From NCBI GenBank assembly GCA_963843555.1, contig CAWJKV010000002.1, forward strand, positions 224,001-288,000: a DNA stretch of 64,000 nt, in the 5' to 3' direction. A program made the translations under genes and the position numbers. Of this stretch, positions 45,022 to 54,439 are shown piece after piece (position 1 is the stretch's first letter; the number at the start of each line of letters is the position of its first letter). Under the pieces are notes generated by a model that did not search any database, was not told the DNA's origin, and saw nothing but the letters and a program-made list of their open reading frames with translations. The DNA is from an uncultured Methanosarcinales archaeon (lineage in GTDB: Archaea > Halobacteriota > Methanosarcinia > Methanotrichales > Methanotrichaceae).

Positions 45022-45269
45022 GGACAGGAGTAATCAGCCTATGGTATTTCAGCTTCGTTATTATGGGTGACGGCTTTGTTGCAAAAAGGTAGCCAAAGGC
45101 CGATTGGATGTAGGGTAGGGAGGGATCTTTGATAATCGACCTTTGCCGTACATCCATCCGACTTCAGTCGTAGATAAGCCTTTTGGTTGTGATAAATGAG
45201 ATATGAAAATGAGATAGAAATGGGACAGTATGGATAATGAATGAGATAACAATGAGGATAATGATTGAG

Positions 45270-45701
45270 ATGAAGAACGAGATTAAGACACCTCTCCTGG
45301 CGGTTGACGCCGTAATACTATTTCAGGCAGGAATTGTGCTCATAAAAAGAGAGAACCCGCCCTATCAGGGCTGCTTTGCCCTGCCAGGAGGATTTGTGGA
45401 GATCGGCGAGACGGTCGAAGATGCGGTGGCCAGAGAAGCTCGGGAGGAGACCGGCCTTGCCATCGATCTATTGGGTCTAGTGAGCGTCTACTCCGATCCC
45501 GGACGCGACCCCCGGGGCCACGTGGTCTCAGCTGCCTATCTCTGCAGAGGTATGGGCGAGCTCGTATCCGGATCTGATGCCAGATCGGCAGAGGTCTTTC
45601 CTCTGACGAAGCTTCCAAGGCTCGCCTTTGATCACGACAAAATAATCAGAGATGCTCTTCATCTGGCCGAACGCCTCGATGCATGCATCAAATTAAAGTA
45701 G
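45270..45701 (+). CDS. NUDIX hydrolase (ADP-ribose pyrophosphatase-like)
   Basis: PGGFVEIGETVEDAVAREAREETG, RDPRGH, LAFDH. Confidence 0.92.
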   Translation: MKNEIKTPLLAVDAVILFQAGIVLIKRENPPYQGCFALPGGFVEIGETVEDAVAREAREETGLAIDLLGLVSVYSDPGRDPRGHVVSAAYLCRGMGELVSGSDARSAEVFPLTKLPRLAFDHDKIIRDALHLAERLDACIKLK

Positions 45702-45702
45702 A

Positions 45703-47403
45703 GTGATTGAAATTAGCTGCTCGATGGAAGAGATCAGAGAGCTCATCGAGAAGTATGCGCTGCAGAACGCGGTGAAGTACAGGGCCGCCCCTAACGCCGG
45801 GGCGGTTATGGGCAAGCTCATGGGCGAGCACCCCGAGCTGCGCGGCCGGGCCAAAGAGGTATCGCCCCTGGTCAAAGAAGTATTGGCCGTAGTGGAAAAG
45901 ACCAGCCCAGAGGAGTGGCAGAAGAGGCTGGAGGCAATTGCTCCTGAACTTCTGGTGCAGCTCTCGGAGAAAAAAGAGCCTGACAAGGGTCTGCCTGCCC
46001 TGCAAGACGCAGAAAATGGCGTTGTTATGCGCTTTGCCCCCAATCCCAATGGACCGCCGACTCTGGGCAGCGCGCGGGGCATCATAGTCAACTCCGAGTA
46101 TGTCAAAAAGTATGGTGGAAAGTTCATCATCCGCTTTGATGACACCGATCCCGTGAAGAAGCGCCCCATGCCTGAAGCTTATGGCTGGTATCTGGAGGAT
46201 TGCCAATGGCTTGACGCCAAGCCGGATCAGGTTATCACAGCCAGCGAGAGGGTTGACCTGTACTACCCGATCGCAGAGGAGCTGATCCGCTGTGGCGGGG
46301 CGTACGTCTGCGGCTGCGCGCAAGCGGCCTTCAAAGAGCACAAAGACAAAGGAATAGAGTGCAGGCATAGAGGCCGGAGCGTGGAGGAGAACCTGCTTCT
46401 CTGGAGCCAGATGCTCGACGGGATCCTTGGAGAGGGCGATGCTGTGTTGCGGGTCAAGACCGACATGCACCACAAAGACCCGGCTATACGGGATTGGCCG
46501 GCGTTTCGCATCGTCACCGCCTCTCATCCGCTCGTGGGGAACAAGTATCGCGTCTGGCCGCTGCTCGATTTCGAGTCAGCCGTGGAGGACCACCTGCTGG
46601 GGACGACGCACATCATCCGGGGCAAGGATCTGACCGATAGCGGAAGCCGGCAGAGGTATCTTTATTCTTATCTGGGCTGGCGCTACCCCCATGTCATCCA
46701 CTGGGGCAGGGTCAAGATCCACCAGTTCGGATCCTTCAGCACCAGCAAATTAAGGAAGTCCATTGAGGCCGGGGAGTACACCGGCTGGGAGGACCCGCGC
46801 GTGCCAACAGTGCGGGCCATGCGCTGCCGGGGCATCCGGCCCGAGGCACTGCGCAAGTTCATGATCGACCTGGGCGTGGGCGAGACGGACATCAGCATCA
46901 GCATGGACTCCATATATGCCGAAAATAGAAAGCTGATCGATCCGGAGGCGAACCGCCGCTTCTTCGTCTGGGATCCAGTAGCCCTGGAGATTGAGGGCGA
47001 GGTGCCCGCGCTGGCGCACGCGCCCCTGCATCCCACTGCGGAGCGGGGCGTACGGGATATTCCAGCCGGGAACAGGGTCTTCATCTGCAAGAGCGATCTT
47101 GAAGCCTTCAAGGTTGGGGATAATATTCGGCTCAAGGATCTGTGCAATGTGGAGATCACTGCCATGGAGCCGGCAAAGGCGCGCTTCCTGGGCAAGGACA
47201 TGGGCAAGAGGACCAAGATCATCCACTGGGCGCCAGAAGATGGTGTGAAGGTGCGGGTGATGAGGCCGGATGGCATCGACGAGGGGATTGGCGAAGCAGG
47301 AATTGCCGAGGAGCTGGGCAAAGTTGTGCAGTTTGAGAGGTATGGATTTGTGCAGATCAATTGCCTGGGAGAGCCGATAGTGGCGTATTTTGCGCACAGG
47401 TGA
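45703..47403 (+). CDS. gltX: Glutamate--tRNA ligase (archaeal type)
   Basis: RFAPNPNG, RFDDTDP, THIIRGKD, STS, QFERYGF. Confidence 0.96.
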   Translation: MIEISCSMEEIRELIEKYALQNAVKYRAAPNAGAVMGKLMGEHPELRGRAKEVSPLVKEVLAVVEKTSPEEWQKRLEAIAPELLVQLSEKKEPDKGLPALQDAENGVVMRFAPNPNGPPTLGSARGIIVNSEYVKKYGGKFIIRFDDTDPVKKRPMPEAYGWYLEDCQWLDAKPDQVITASERVDLYYPIAEELIRCGGAYVCGCAQAAFKEHKDKGIECRHRGRSVEENLLLWSQMLDGILGEGDAVLRVKTDMHHKDPAIRDWPAFRIVTASHPLVGNKYRVWPLLDFESAVEDHLLGTTHIIRGKDLTDSGSRQRYLYSYLGWRYPHVIHWGRVKIHQFGSFSTSKLRKSIEAGEYTGWEDPRVPTVRAMRCRGIRPEALRKFMIDLGVGETDISISMDSIYAENRKLIDPEANRRFFVWDPVALEIEGEVPALAHAPLHPTAERGVRDIPAGNRVFICKSDLEAFKVGDNIRLKDLCNVEITAMEPAKARFLGKDMGKRTKIIHWAPEDGVKVRVMRPDGIDEGIGEAGIAEELGKVVQFERYGFVQINCLGEPIVAYFAHR

Positions 47404-47421
47404 TCTTTGAGACTGCAGAGC

Positions 47422-47760
47422 CTATTCTCGCAGCCTTTCTTTTATCTCTTTCATGACGTCTTCCAGATTCATTTCCATCGACTCCTCCAGTTGAGGAGTA
47501 TGTTTATGATGGGGAAAAGTGCGAAGATCATCATGATGGGGAGCGTTATCCCATCGTATTCTCATGGATCCGTTTTGATCCTGCCAGTGATAAGAATAAA
47601 GAAAACTATCAAGTGAACGATACTCTTTAATATACAGCTGACTGTCGTCGACCAGGACAACCTTTACGCGAAGAAAGTAGAAGCTTTCACCGCTCTTGAA
47701 GTCCAGGATTTCAAAGCTCTTGATTAGATTATCCTTTAGCGATTCTAAAGTCCGTCGCAT
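47422..47760 (-). CDS. DUF6516/TumE-like toxin-antitoxin protein
   Basis: YSYHWQ.....IRWDNAPHH....TFPHHKH. Confidence 0.8.
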   Translation of the reverse strand: MRRTLESLKDNLIKSFEILDFKSGESFYFLRVKVVLVDDSQLYIKEYRSLDSFLYSYHWQDQNGSMRIRWDNAPHHDDLRTFPHHKHTPQLEESMEMNLEDVMKEIKERLRE

Positions 47761-48016
47761 ATTCAATCTTTTTGAGCTTAGATTCGAGATCTTGAAGGCT
47801 GTCTGTATAGGCTTTCCACTCGATGAAATCATCCCAGAGTTCGAAATCCTCTGGAAGCTGGCTGATTCTTTCCTCGAAAGCCGCAATATCGCAGCCGTAT
47901 TTATTTTCGAATGACCTTATTCTCTCTTTTACAGGAGATATCTCGGAGATCAGTTTCAGTCTCTCAAATGTCCTTATGTCATCCACGGATACTACGATGC
48001 TCGCATCTTCGCTCAT
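47729..48016 (-). CDS. Partner (antitoxin-like) protein of DUF6516 gene
   Basis: FENKYG....FE, WDDFIEWKA; overlaps the downstream gene. Confidence 0.7.
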   Translation of the reverse strand: MSEDASIVVSVDDIRTFERLKLISEISPVKERIRSFENKYGCDIAAFEERISQLPEDFELWDDFIEWKAYTDSLQDLESKLKKIEYATDFRIAKG

Positions 48017-48069
48017 CAAAGAGTATATGAGGCCTTATAGTATAAATTTCATGCCTCCATTGCTTTGTT

Positions 48070-48138
48070 CTCTCATTGGACAGGGATTCCAGATAGCCGA
48101 CTATAGCCTCTTTGATGTTCTTCAAGGCCTTCTCTGCA
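48070..48138 (-). pseudogene. hicB C-terminal relic
   Basis: AEKALKNIKEAIVGYLESLSN. Confidence 0.6.
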
Positions 48139-48139
48139 A

Positions 48140-48529
48140 AACCGACTGGAAGTTCCAGAAAGCAGCGGCCTATTGATGGCCAATGATGAGATCCTGACGA
48201 TAAAGGACCTTTTCGAGCTGCACCTGCCAGGAGCCAGGCTCGCCACCCTCTCAGCCTGTGAGACAGGAGTGCCAGGCACCAGGCATCCGGACGAGGTGGT
48301 ATCCCTTCCCTCTGCCTTTATCCGGGCGGGCTTCGCCGGGGCCATCGGATCTCTCTGGACTGTGTCCGATAAGAGCACAGCCACACTCATGACAAGCTTC
48401 TATCAGCACTGGCGGGAGAAAGGCATGCCGCCTGTGCAAGCCCTGACAGAGGCCCAAAAGGGGCTGCGAGGGGAAGAGAGGTTCCGGCATCCATTCTACT
48501 GGGCTGCATTCTATATGACTGGAGTATGA
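48140..48529 (+). pseudogene. C-terminal fragment of CHAT (caspase-like) domain gene
   Basis: LSACETG, SLWTVSD, ALTEAQ, HPFYWAAF..G; N-terminal part missing. Confidence 0.85.
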
Positions 48530-48745
48530 TCAAGGGAAAAGCGCAGCCGCCAGGCATATCTGGTCTACGAGCCGGTCAGGATAAAGCCTGCAGCAAACAG
48601 CGCCAGGGAGTGGTTGAAGGCATTCGGCATTATGCTGCCGCGGGGGATGGGCAGACCAGGTCTGTTCACGGCATCGATCACCTGGTCATAGTAGTCATTG
48701 ACAGCGTTCCCCGCGCTTGTGACCAGGAAGGCGGCAAATGAGATT
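48530..48745 (-). pseudogene. Internally deleted copy of DGGGP synthase
   Basis: AFLVTSAGNAVNDYYDQVIDAVNRPGLPIP...SLALFAAG joined to LAAALFP*, matching gene 52011-52820. Confidence 0.8.
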
Positions 48746-48766
48746 ATCGATCGCCCCTTGAGAGCT

Positions 48767-49935
48767 GGTAGTCTACCTTAAATAAGTTTATATGCCTTCA
48801 TTGCATGATTTAATCGGGGAAAGCAATGAAGACAGATCGATTAGCTTTAGCAGGTTCGTTTTGTTGGAATAGAGACTGTCCTGGCTATGGCAAAGTAGAT
48901 CACGGAAACATAGTCCGGTATGGTCGCACCGACAAGGGCACGCAGCGTTTGAAATGCAAAATCTGTGGCAGAGTATTCGTAGGGAATAAAGGGACTATAT
49001 TTTATGGCTTGCATCATAGCCCAAAAGAAATCCTGGAATGCCTGGCTATGCTTGCCGAAAGGAACAGTCTGGCAGCCATCCATAGAGTAAAAGGGATAAA
49101 AGAGGAAACCGTTCTGGATTGGCTCCGCAAAGCTGCAAACCATGCTGAGGAGATCGAAACGTTATTGCTTGCTAACCATCATCTGACTCGTGTTCAGCTT
49201 GATGCCATGTGGACTTATGTAGGTCATAAGGGGGAAAAAGCAACCATCCCGAGGAGCCCAATCGAGGTACCTTCTGGCGAGGCACTGCTATAGATATTGA
49301 TACGAGGCTGAGGGTGGCACGTGCAATAGGAAAGAATGAGGAAGAAGTCGCAGTGGTTATGATGTCGCAAATAAGAGATCGCTGCAATCCTATTGAACCC
49401 CCGGCGATATCAAGCGACGGAAACGATAGCTATCCTGAAGCAATGCTTGAAACCTGGGGAAAGTTGCCTGAATACACAGGTCGAGGAAGACCTCCAACAC
49501 ACAAACAACCGCAACCTGGATGGAAATGCCTTCAAGTGACCAAGCATCGTTCTGGCAGCAGGTTGATTGGCGTCACTCACAAAGTGGTCTACGGCGATCC
49601 TAGCGAAGTGCCAGATTTTATGGGTCTTAATACCGCCTACGTCGAAAGGACGAATCTAACCTCGCGACAAATGAATGGAAGAATGGTTCGAAAAACACTA
49701 TCATTCTCTAAAGAAGAGGAGATGCTACGAGCATCTTGTGCCCTGGAGGACGTGGTATATAACTTAGCAAGACCGCTTAAATCATTAAGAGTAGAGGTCA
49801 ATAATGATCAGCGACGATGGGAACCCAGATCTCCTGCTATGGCAGCTGGCATAACTGATCATATCTGGACAATTGGCGAGATTATGATGATGTTAGCGGT
49901 TCCTGAGAGAAACAACGCATAATGGGGGGACTACC
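48767..49935 (+). mobile_element. IS1-family insertion sequence
   Basis: Termini GGTAGTC...GACTACC; 8-bp target duplication TGAGAGCT at 48759-48766 and 49936-49943. Confidence 0.88.
48826..49922 (+). CDS. IS1-family transposase in two frames (-1 shift near 49235)
   Basis: Zn finger C..C/CKIC and HTH; QLDAMW, SDG, NTAYVERTN DDE core. Confidence 0.85.
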
Positions 49936-49981
49936 TGAGAGCTGAACACATGCTGTAATCTTGTCTGTCATTCTTTGCTAA

Positions 49982-50980
49982 CTATAATCGGTTTCTCAAT
50001 TCATTCGCTTTGGCGACGGAAGGTATAATAATATTTTCTTCAAAGTAATCTAGTAAGCCTTCAGTATTTGAATAGTAATATATTTCTAGAACCCATGGAT
50101 AACATCTTATAGCATCGAACATTCCCCATGGGTCATGTCCTTCCTGTAATATCGGCTTAACAGGGACTGAGGGCAGCGCCGGCACTATAGACACAAGTTC
50201 CTGAGGGACGCTCTGTGGCTCTGTAATGTCCACAATAATGAACCGTGCTAACCGGGCAAGCAATGTAATTGTTTCAAGCGTGTTTCTTTCGGCTGGCGGT
50301 CTGAAATCGAACAACACTGGCAGATAACCAAAGTCTCTAAGTCTGTCTTTTATGGCAATAAGTAAGGGTTTTCTTGTATCTGTGAAACGACCCAGAATAA
50401 GTACGACTTTCTTCGCTACGGTGTCAATGACATCACGAATCTTTTCATTGTGAAGGAGAAGATAAATAAATTGTGCGACTTCAAGGTTATCAACTGTTAT
50501 CACAGGTTCGCTAAATGGGGTTATTATCAGATCCTTCTGAATGGCATCCTTCAGTTTTAGCCCCCAGGCAGACAATCCGTAGACTCTGCATCCATTAAGG
50601 ATTGATTTTTCGAGGTTGGTATCTACAAGAATAGTACCTATAAGGTCTGTTCCTGTTAGATCTGCACCACTAAGATCTGCACCAGTTAAATTCGCTCCAT
50701 TCAAGCATGCACCCGTAAGGTTTGCATTAGAGAGATTCGTCCAAAGGAAAAACACTCCGGGAAGGTTCGCCTCCGACAGGTTTGCCCCCTTGAGATTCGA
50801 AAAGCTTAACGTCGCTCCATTAAAATCCACCTTACAGAAGTTTGACCCTTCAAGATCCACCGATACACCACTAATGTGTGCTCCTGTGAAGTCTACATAT
50901 TCATCTGGATTATCCTCTCGCCACTGATTCCAAGCAGCCACTCCTTGTCGAAGGATATTGAGCAATTCCCTATCTGCCAT
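49982..50980 (-). CDS. Pentapeptide-repeat protein with C-terminal TIR-like alpha/beta domain
   Basis: WNQWR, A(N/D)L repeats; VLILGRF, PVLFDF, FIIVDIT, SVPQEL; low GC. Confidence 0.82.
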   Translation of the reverse strand: MADRELLNILRQGVAAWNQWREDNPDEYVDFTGAHISGVSVDLEGSNFCKVDFNGATLSFSNLKGANLSEANLPGVFFLWTNLSNANLTGACLNGANLTGADLSGADLTGTDLIGTILVDTNLEKSILNGCRVYGLSAWGLKLKDAIQKDLIITPFSEPVITVDNLEVAQFIYLLLHNEKIRDVIDTVAKKVVLILGRFTDTRKPLLIAIKDRLRDFGYLPVLFDFRPPAERNTLETITLLARLARFIIVDITEPQSVPQELVSIVPALPSVPVKPILQEGHDPWGMFDAIRCYPWVLEIYYYSNTEGLLDYFEENIIIPSVAKANELRNRL

Positions 50981-51018
50981 AGAAACAAAAGGGTACTGAG
51001 TGTTCATTATATAAAACA

Positions 51019-51135
51019 GGAGTATGATCAGGGGAAAAGCTCCGTATCAAGGAACGCCACCAGCGCCATGGCCATTCTCTTCTTTATCGCCTTCTGGGAA
51101 TCATGAAGAGAAAGATGCTGACGAGCAGGAGAGGT
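51019..51135 (-). pseudogene. 3'-end relic of DGGGP synthase (with CHAT stop junction)
   Basis: AACGCCACCAGCGCCATGGCCATT...TTTATCGCCTTCTGGGA matches 52036-52082; GGAGTATGATCA.GGGAAAAGC matches 48521. Confidence 0.8.
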
Positions 51136-51242
51136 TGAGACAGATCATTGTCTTCACTTGCGGGGGCACGCGCGCGCGGCGAGCGAACTTTCCAGCAGGC
51201 AACGACAAAGTCCAAATACGAAAAAGGATAACAATCAAAAGA

Positions 51243-51890
51243 ATGCTCAAGCTAACCGCCTATGTCTCCGGAAAAGTGCAGATGACCGGCTACAGGTCTA
51301 AGGTAGTGACCATAGCCAGGGCATTTGGCCTCAAGGGATATGTGAGGAACCTGCCTGACGGCAGGGTGAAGATCGTTGCAGAGGGCCCTGATGCCGATCT
51401 GGAGAGGTTCCTTAAAGCCGTCAGGATCAAAGACACCCTGATCGATGTGGTGGAAATCGAAGCGGAATTTTCTGATGCCACCGGAGCTTACGAAGAATTT
51501 TTTAAAATTGCGGGAGAGAGGGAGACCGACGCCCGCCCGGACCAGGCTTCAGAGTATCTCAAAGAGCTGATATCTGCCGTGCGAGAAGGATTCAGGGATT
51601 ATGGTTTAAAGCTCGATAATATTTGCTCTAAATTGGATAACTTAAACTCCAAGCTCGATGGTATGGGATCCAAGCCGGATAGCGCGGATTCCAAGCTGGA
51701 TGGCATGAGCTCCTGCTTAAAAGAGATCTCAGGTAAACAGGATCAAATTATCGATACGATAGACGACGCCCGTGGGGAGGTCGTCTCTGAGATTCAGGGC
51801 ATGCGCTCGGATCTGAAGGGCCGCACAGAAGAGAGGCTGCAGAGGATCGAAAGCGATGTGACGGAGATTAAGGCCAGAATGAGGTCTTAA
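51243..51890 (+). CDS. Acylphosphatase-domain protein with C-terminal coiled coil
   Basis: VSGKVQ..GYR, GYVRNLPDGRV...EG; five (S)KLD heptad repeats. Confidence 0.85.
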   Translation: MLKLTAYVSGKVQMTGYRSKVVTIARAFGLKGYVRNLPDGRVKIVAEGPDADLERFLKAVRIKDTLIDVVEIEAEFSDATGAYEEFFKIAGERETDARPDQASEYLKELISAVREGFRDYGLKLDNICSKLDNLNSKLDGMGSKPDSADSKLDGMSSCLKEISGKQDQIIDTIDDARGEVVSEIQGMRSDLKGRTEERLQRIESDVTEIKARMRS

Positions 51891-51909
51891 CTCTCCGTCG
51901 CGATTGACA

Positions 51910-52006
51910 GATGGCCAATGATAAGGTTCTGACGATAAAGGATCTCTTCGAGCTGCACCTGGTAGGAGCCCGGCTTGCCACCCTCTCTGCCTGCGAGACG
52001 GGCGTG
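51910..52006 (+). pseudogene. Second CHAT domain relic
   Basis: MANDKVLTIKDLFELHLVGARLATLSACETGV, diverged copy of 48175-48271. Confidence 0.85.
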
Positions 52007-52010
52007 TTAT

Positions 52011-52820
52011 TCAAGGAAATAATGCCGCTGCGAGAAACGCCACCAGCGCCATAGCCATTCCCTTTTTTATCGCCTTCTGGGACCCGGCCGCATCTCCTCT
52101 CACGACCTTGAAAACGGAGAGCAAAAGGAACAGGTCCGCCACCGCCACTATAACCAGATACGCCCTGCCAAAGGGGGCGAAGAAGCTCAGGGCCACCGCC
52201 ATAAGACCGAATGCCCCGGCCAGGGATGCTGCCGCGCGCTCGCCCGCTATTATGGGCAGCGTCCTGGCTCCGCCCTGGCGGTCGCCCGCCATATCCTCGA
52301 TGTCTTTTGCGATCTCCCGGCTCATGCTGGCCAGAAAGGAGAGCCCGAAGGGAACCAGATTGGCGATGATGCCCGCAGTCCCGGCAGCCGCGCCTCCAAA
52401 AAGGAAGGTCGAGCCGGTCAGGAATGCGACGGAGATATTTCCGGCCAGAGGTGTGGCCTTGAGGTTGCGGGCATAAAAGAACAGGAGAGCAGAGTTGAAG
52501 ACAGCTACGGCGAGGCATATCTCGTTTACAAGCCCCGCCAGGATGCATCCTGCAGCAAATAGTGCCAGGGAATAATAGAAAGCCGTCCGGGGCAGGATGC
52601 GGCCGCTGGGAATGGGCCGCCCGGGTCTATTTATGGCATCGATATCTCGATCATAGTAATCGTTGATGGCGTTTCCCGCTCCCGTGATCAGGAAAACCGC
52701 AAGAAAAATGAGTGCTGTCGCTTCAGGTTTTATGCCCCCGGCGATGGCCAGACCGATGATGGCTGCGACGCCAGCCATAATGCAATTATAAGGGCGCAAA
52801 ATCTCCCAGAATGCCTTCAA
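52011..52820 (-). CDS. Digeranylgeranylglyceryl phosphate synthase (UbiA family)
   Basis: LRP.N, GNAINDYYDRDIDAINRP.RPIPSG, REIAKDIEDMAGD. Confidence 0.92.
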   Translation of the reverse strand: MKAFWEILRPYNCIMAGVAAIIGLAIAGGIKPEATALIFLAVFLITGAGNAINDYYDRDIDAINRPGRPIPSGRILPRTAFYYSLALFAAGCILAGLVNEICLAVAVFNSALLFFYARNLKATPLAGNISVAFLTGSTFLFGGAAAGTAGIIANLVPFGLSFLASMSREIAKDIEDMAGDRQGGARTLPIIAGERAAASLAGAFGLMAVALSFFAPFGRAYLVIVAVADLFLLLSVFKVVRGDAAGSQKAIKKGMAMALVAFLAAALFP

Positions 52821-52842
52821 TGCTACAGGTCCCCTGCGGCCT

Positions 52843-53400
52843 CTAACCGGAGATGCCGCGTACCAGATAGAGCAGATAGATCTCAGTTAAGAAGCTATCG
52901 ATATGGCTGTGACGATCGGTATATCTCTGGCTATCAAAATAGCTATCTATTTGGCTTCCGATATCGGTGTCGATATTGCCATCGATATTGCAGTCGAAAT
53001 AGCTAACGACTTGACCATTGATTTTGCCATCGATAAGGCTATCGATATTGCTTTCCATATGGCCATTGACATGGCTATTGATATCGATATAGCTATCGAT
53101 ATGACTCGTCTGGACTTGTGCGGCCGCATCATTCTCATCGAAGGCGGGAGCAATAGAGGCATGGACGAGCTTTATCAGATAAGTGCTGCTGGCAGGAACC
53201 TTCTCTCGATAGATGAGCCCGGAGTTCTGCATCCTGGAGACCAACTTCGAGCACTTGCTGCTGTCGATGCTCAAGAGTCGGCGCAGATCCGATTGAAAGA
53301 CGCCATCCGATCGTGAGGCTATAAGATCCAGTGCTCTCTCCTGCAGAATGGAGATGCCACTTGTCAGTACGTGCTCTGGCTTTTCCGACATTGCGACCAC
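52843..53400 (-). CDS. Winged-helix (MarR/Lrp-like) protein with internal tetrapeptide repeats
   Basis: GVFQSDLRRLL.IDSSKCSKLV..M...GLI.RE; (S/G)xID repeats. Confidence 0.7.
   Translation of the reverse strand: MVAMSEKPEHVLTSGISILQERALDLIASRSDGVFQSDLRRLLSIDSSKCSKLVSRMQNSGLIYREKVPASSTYLIKLVHASIAPAFDENDAAAQVQTSHIDSYIDINSHVNGHMESNIDSLIDGKINGQVVSYFDCNIDGNIDTDIGSQIDSYFDSQRYTDRHSHIDSFLTEIYLLYLVRGISG
52893..53106. repeat. Degenerate 12-bp tandem repeat (about 17 units)
   Basis: Units such as AGCTATATCGAT / AGCAATATCGAT / GGCAATATCGAC on the minus strand. Confidence 0.8.
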
Positions 53401-53621
53401 GGGACCATTTATTAAAACTTAATTTATTTTGATATACTGTATTGAATTTTCATAGTATAAATCCTTTTTGACATGATACAGCTTTTTGTATTGAAATTAT
53501 TGAAAAACATTCTGAAATAATGTTAAATTTTTCAAACTACCATTTATATTCAAATATTTGATGAGATATTCGACCCCATCCTAACTAGAATGGCTGCTGC
53601 AGCGGGAAAAATCATTAGAAA

Positions 53622-54431
53622 TTATACCGGGAATTGAGCCCGAATCTCCCGGCTTCGCATTATAGGCAGATCCAGTTCCTCAAGAATTCCCACAATCCTC
53701 TTCCGATCTTCTGAGCGCAGCGATTTGCGATCGATATAGGCACAGTTCGCGCCCGATTTGTTGCGGGCATCATCTATGACATCCCGATTTAATCCCGCAA
53801 TCTGGTAGGTGGAGAAGAGATGCCCAAATGCGATTGCCGACCCGAAGATAAGCTCTGTCTGCCTCTGCACATAATGCCCTCCGCCAAAGCCGAGGAACAC
53901 AGGAAGCTCTTCAGGCTGCAGGGCCATGATTGCTCTGGCCACAGCCTCACCCGCTTTTTTATCACTCCATTGCTCTTTTGTGCTGCCGATCTCGGCAAAG
54001 AAGCAGGGCGTTTTCATATCCACCGGACCATGATGGGTGGCTTCGGCAGAGATTATGTAGCCCGGAACGCGCAGGGCCGCAATGTTATGCAGGAAGGATC
54101 TGAGACCAGCAGGCGCGGCCGCGGAAAGCCGGCTGTTGCCGTGGCCCTCCTGCAAAATTCCCGTGAAGTGCCCTCCAAACCAGGGTAAAGCCGCCTTAGA
54201 CTCGTGCCGGCAGGGAAATACGACCATCTCTGGATGCAGACCTAAATCTGTCAGTCGGTTGTCAAGGCCGGAAAGGGTGGACTGTCTCTCATCATGAATC
54301 AGCAGACGAAAGGCACCTCTAGTCCAGTAGCCTTCCTCTTCCTGCCAGGGCTTCAGCTCCAGCAGACGCTCGAAAATATTGAGGCTTGCCGGATCTGCCC
54401 GAGAGCAGACTATGGCAACCTCTCCTAACAA
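53622..54431 (-). CDS. dtdA: Archaeal D-aminoacyl-tRNA deacylase
   Basis: S..DPAS.NI, RHES, EATHHGP, FAEIGS, GFGGGHY, FGH. Confidence 0.9.
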   Translation of the reverse strand: MLGEVAIVCSRADPASLNIFERLLELKPWQEEEGYWTRGAFRLLIHDERQSTLSGLDNRLTDLGLHPEMVVFPCRHESKAALPWFGGHFTGILQEGHGNSRLSAAAPAGLRSFLHNIAALRVPGYIISAEATHHGPVDMKTPCFFAEIGSTKEQWSDKKAGEAVARAIMALQPEELPVFLGFGGGHYVQRQTELIFGSAIAFGHLFSTYQIAGLNRDVIDDARNKSGANCAYIDRKSLRSEDRKRIVGILEELDLPIMRSREIRAQFPV

Positions 54432-54439
54432 GGCAATCT

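Noticed and set aside
51024..51242. N-terminal extension of acylphosphatase
   Set aside because: It is the antisense of the DGGGP synthase relic plus a GC-rich islet
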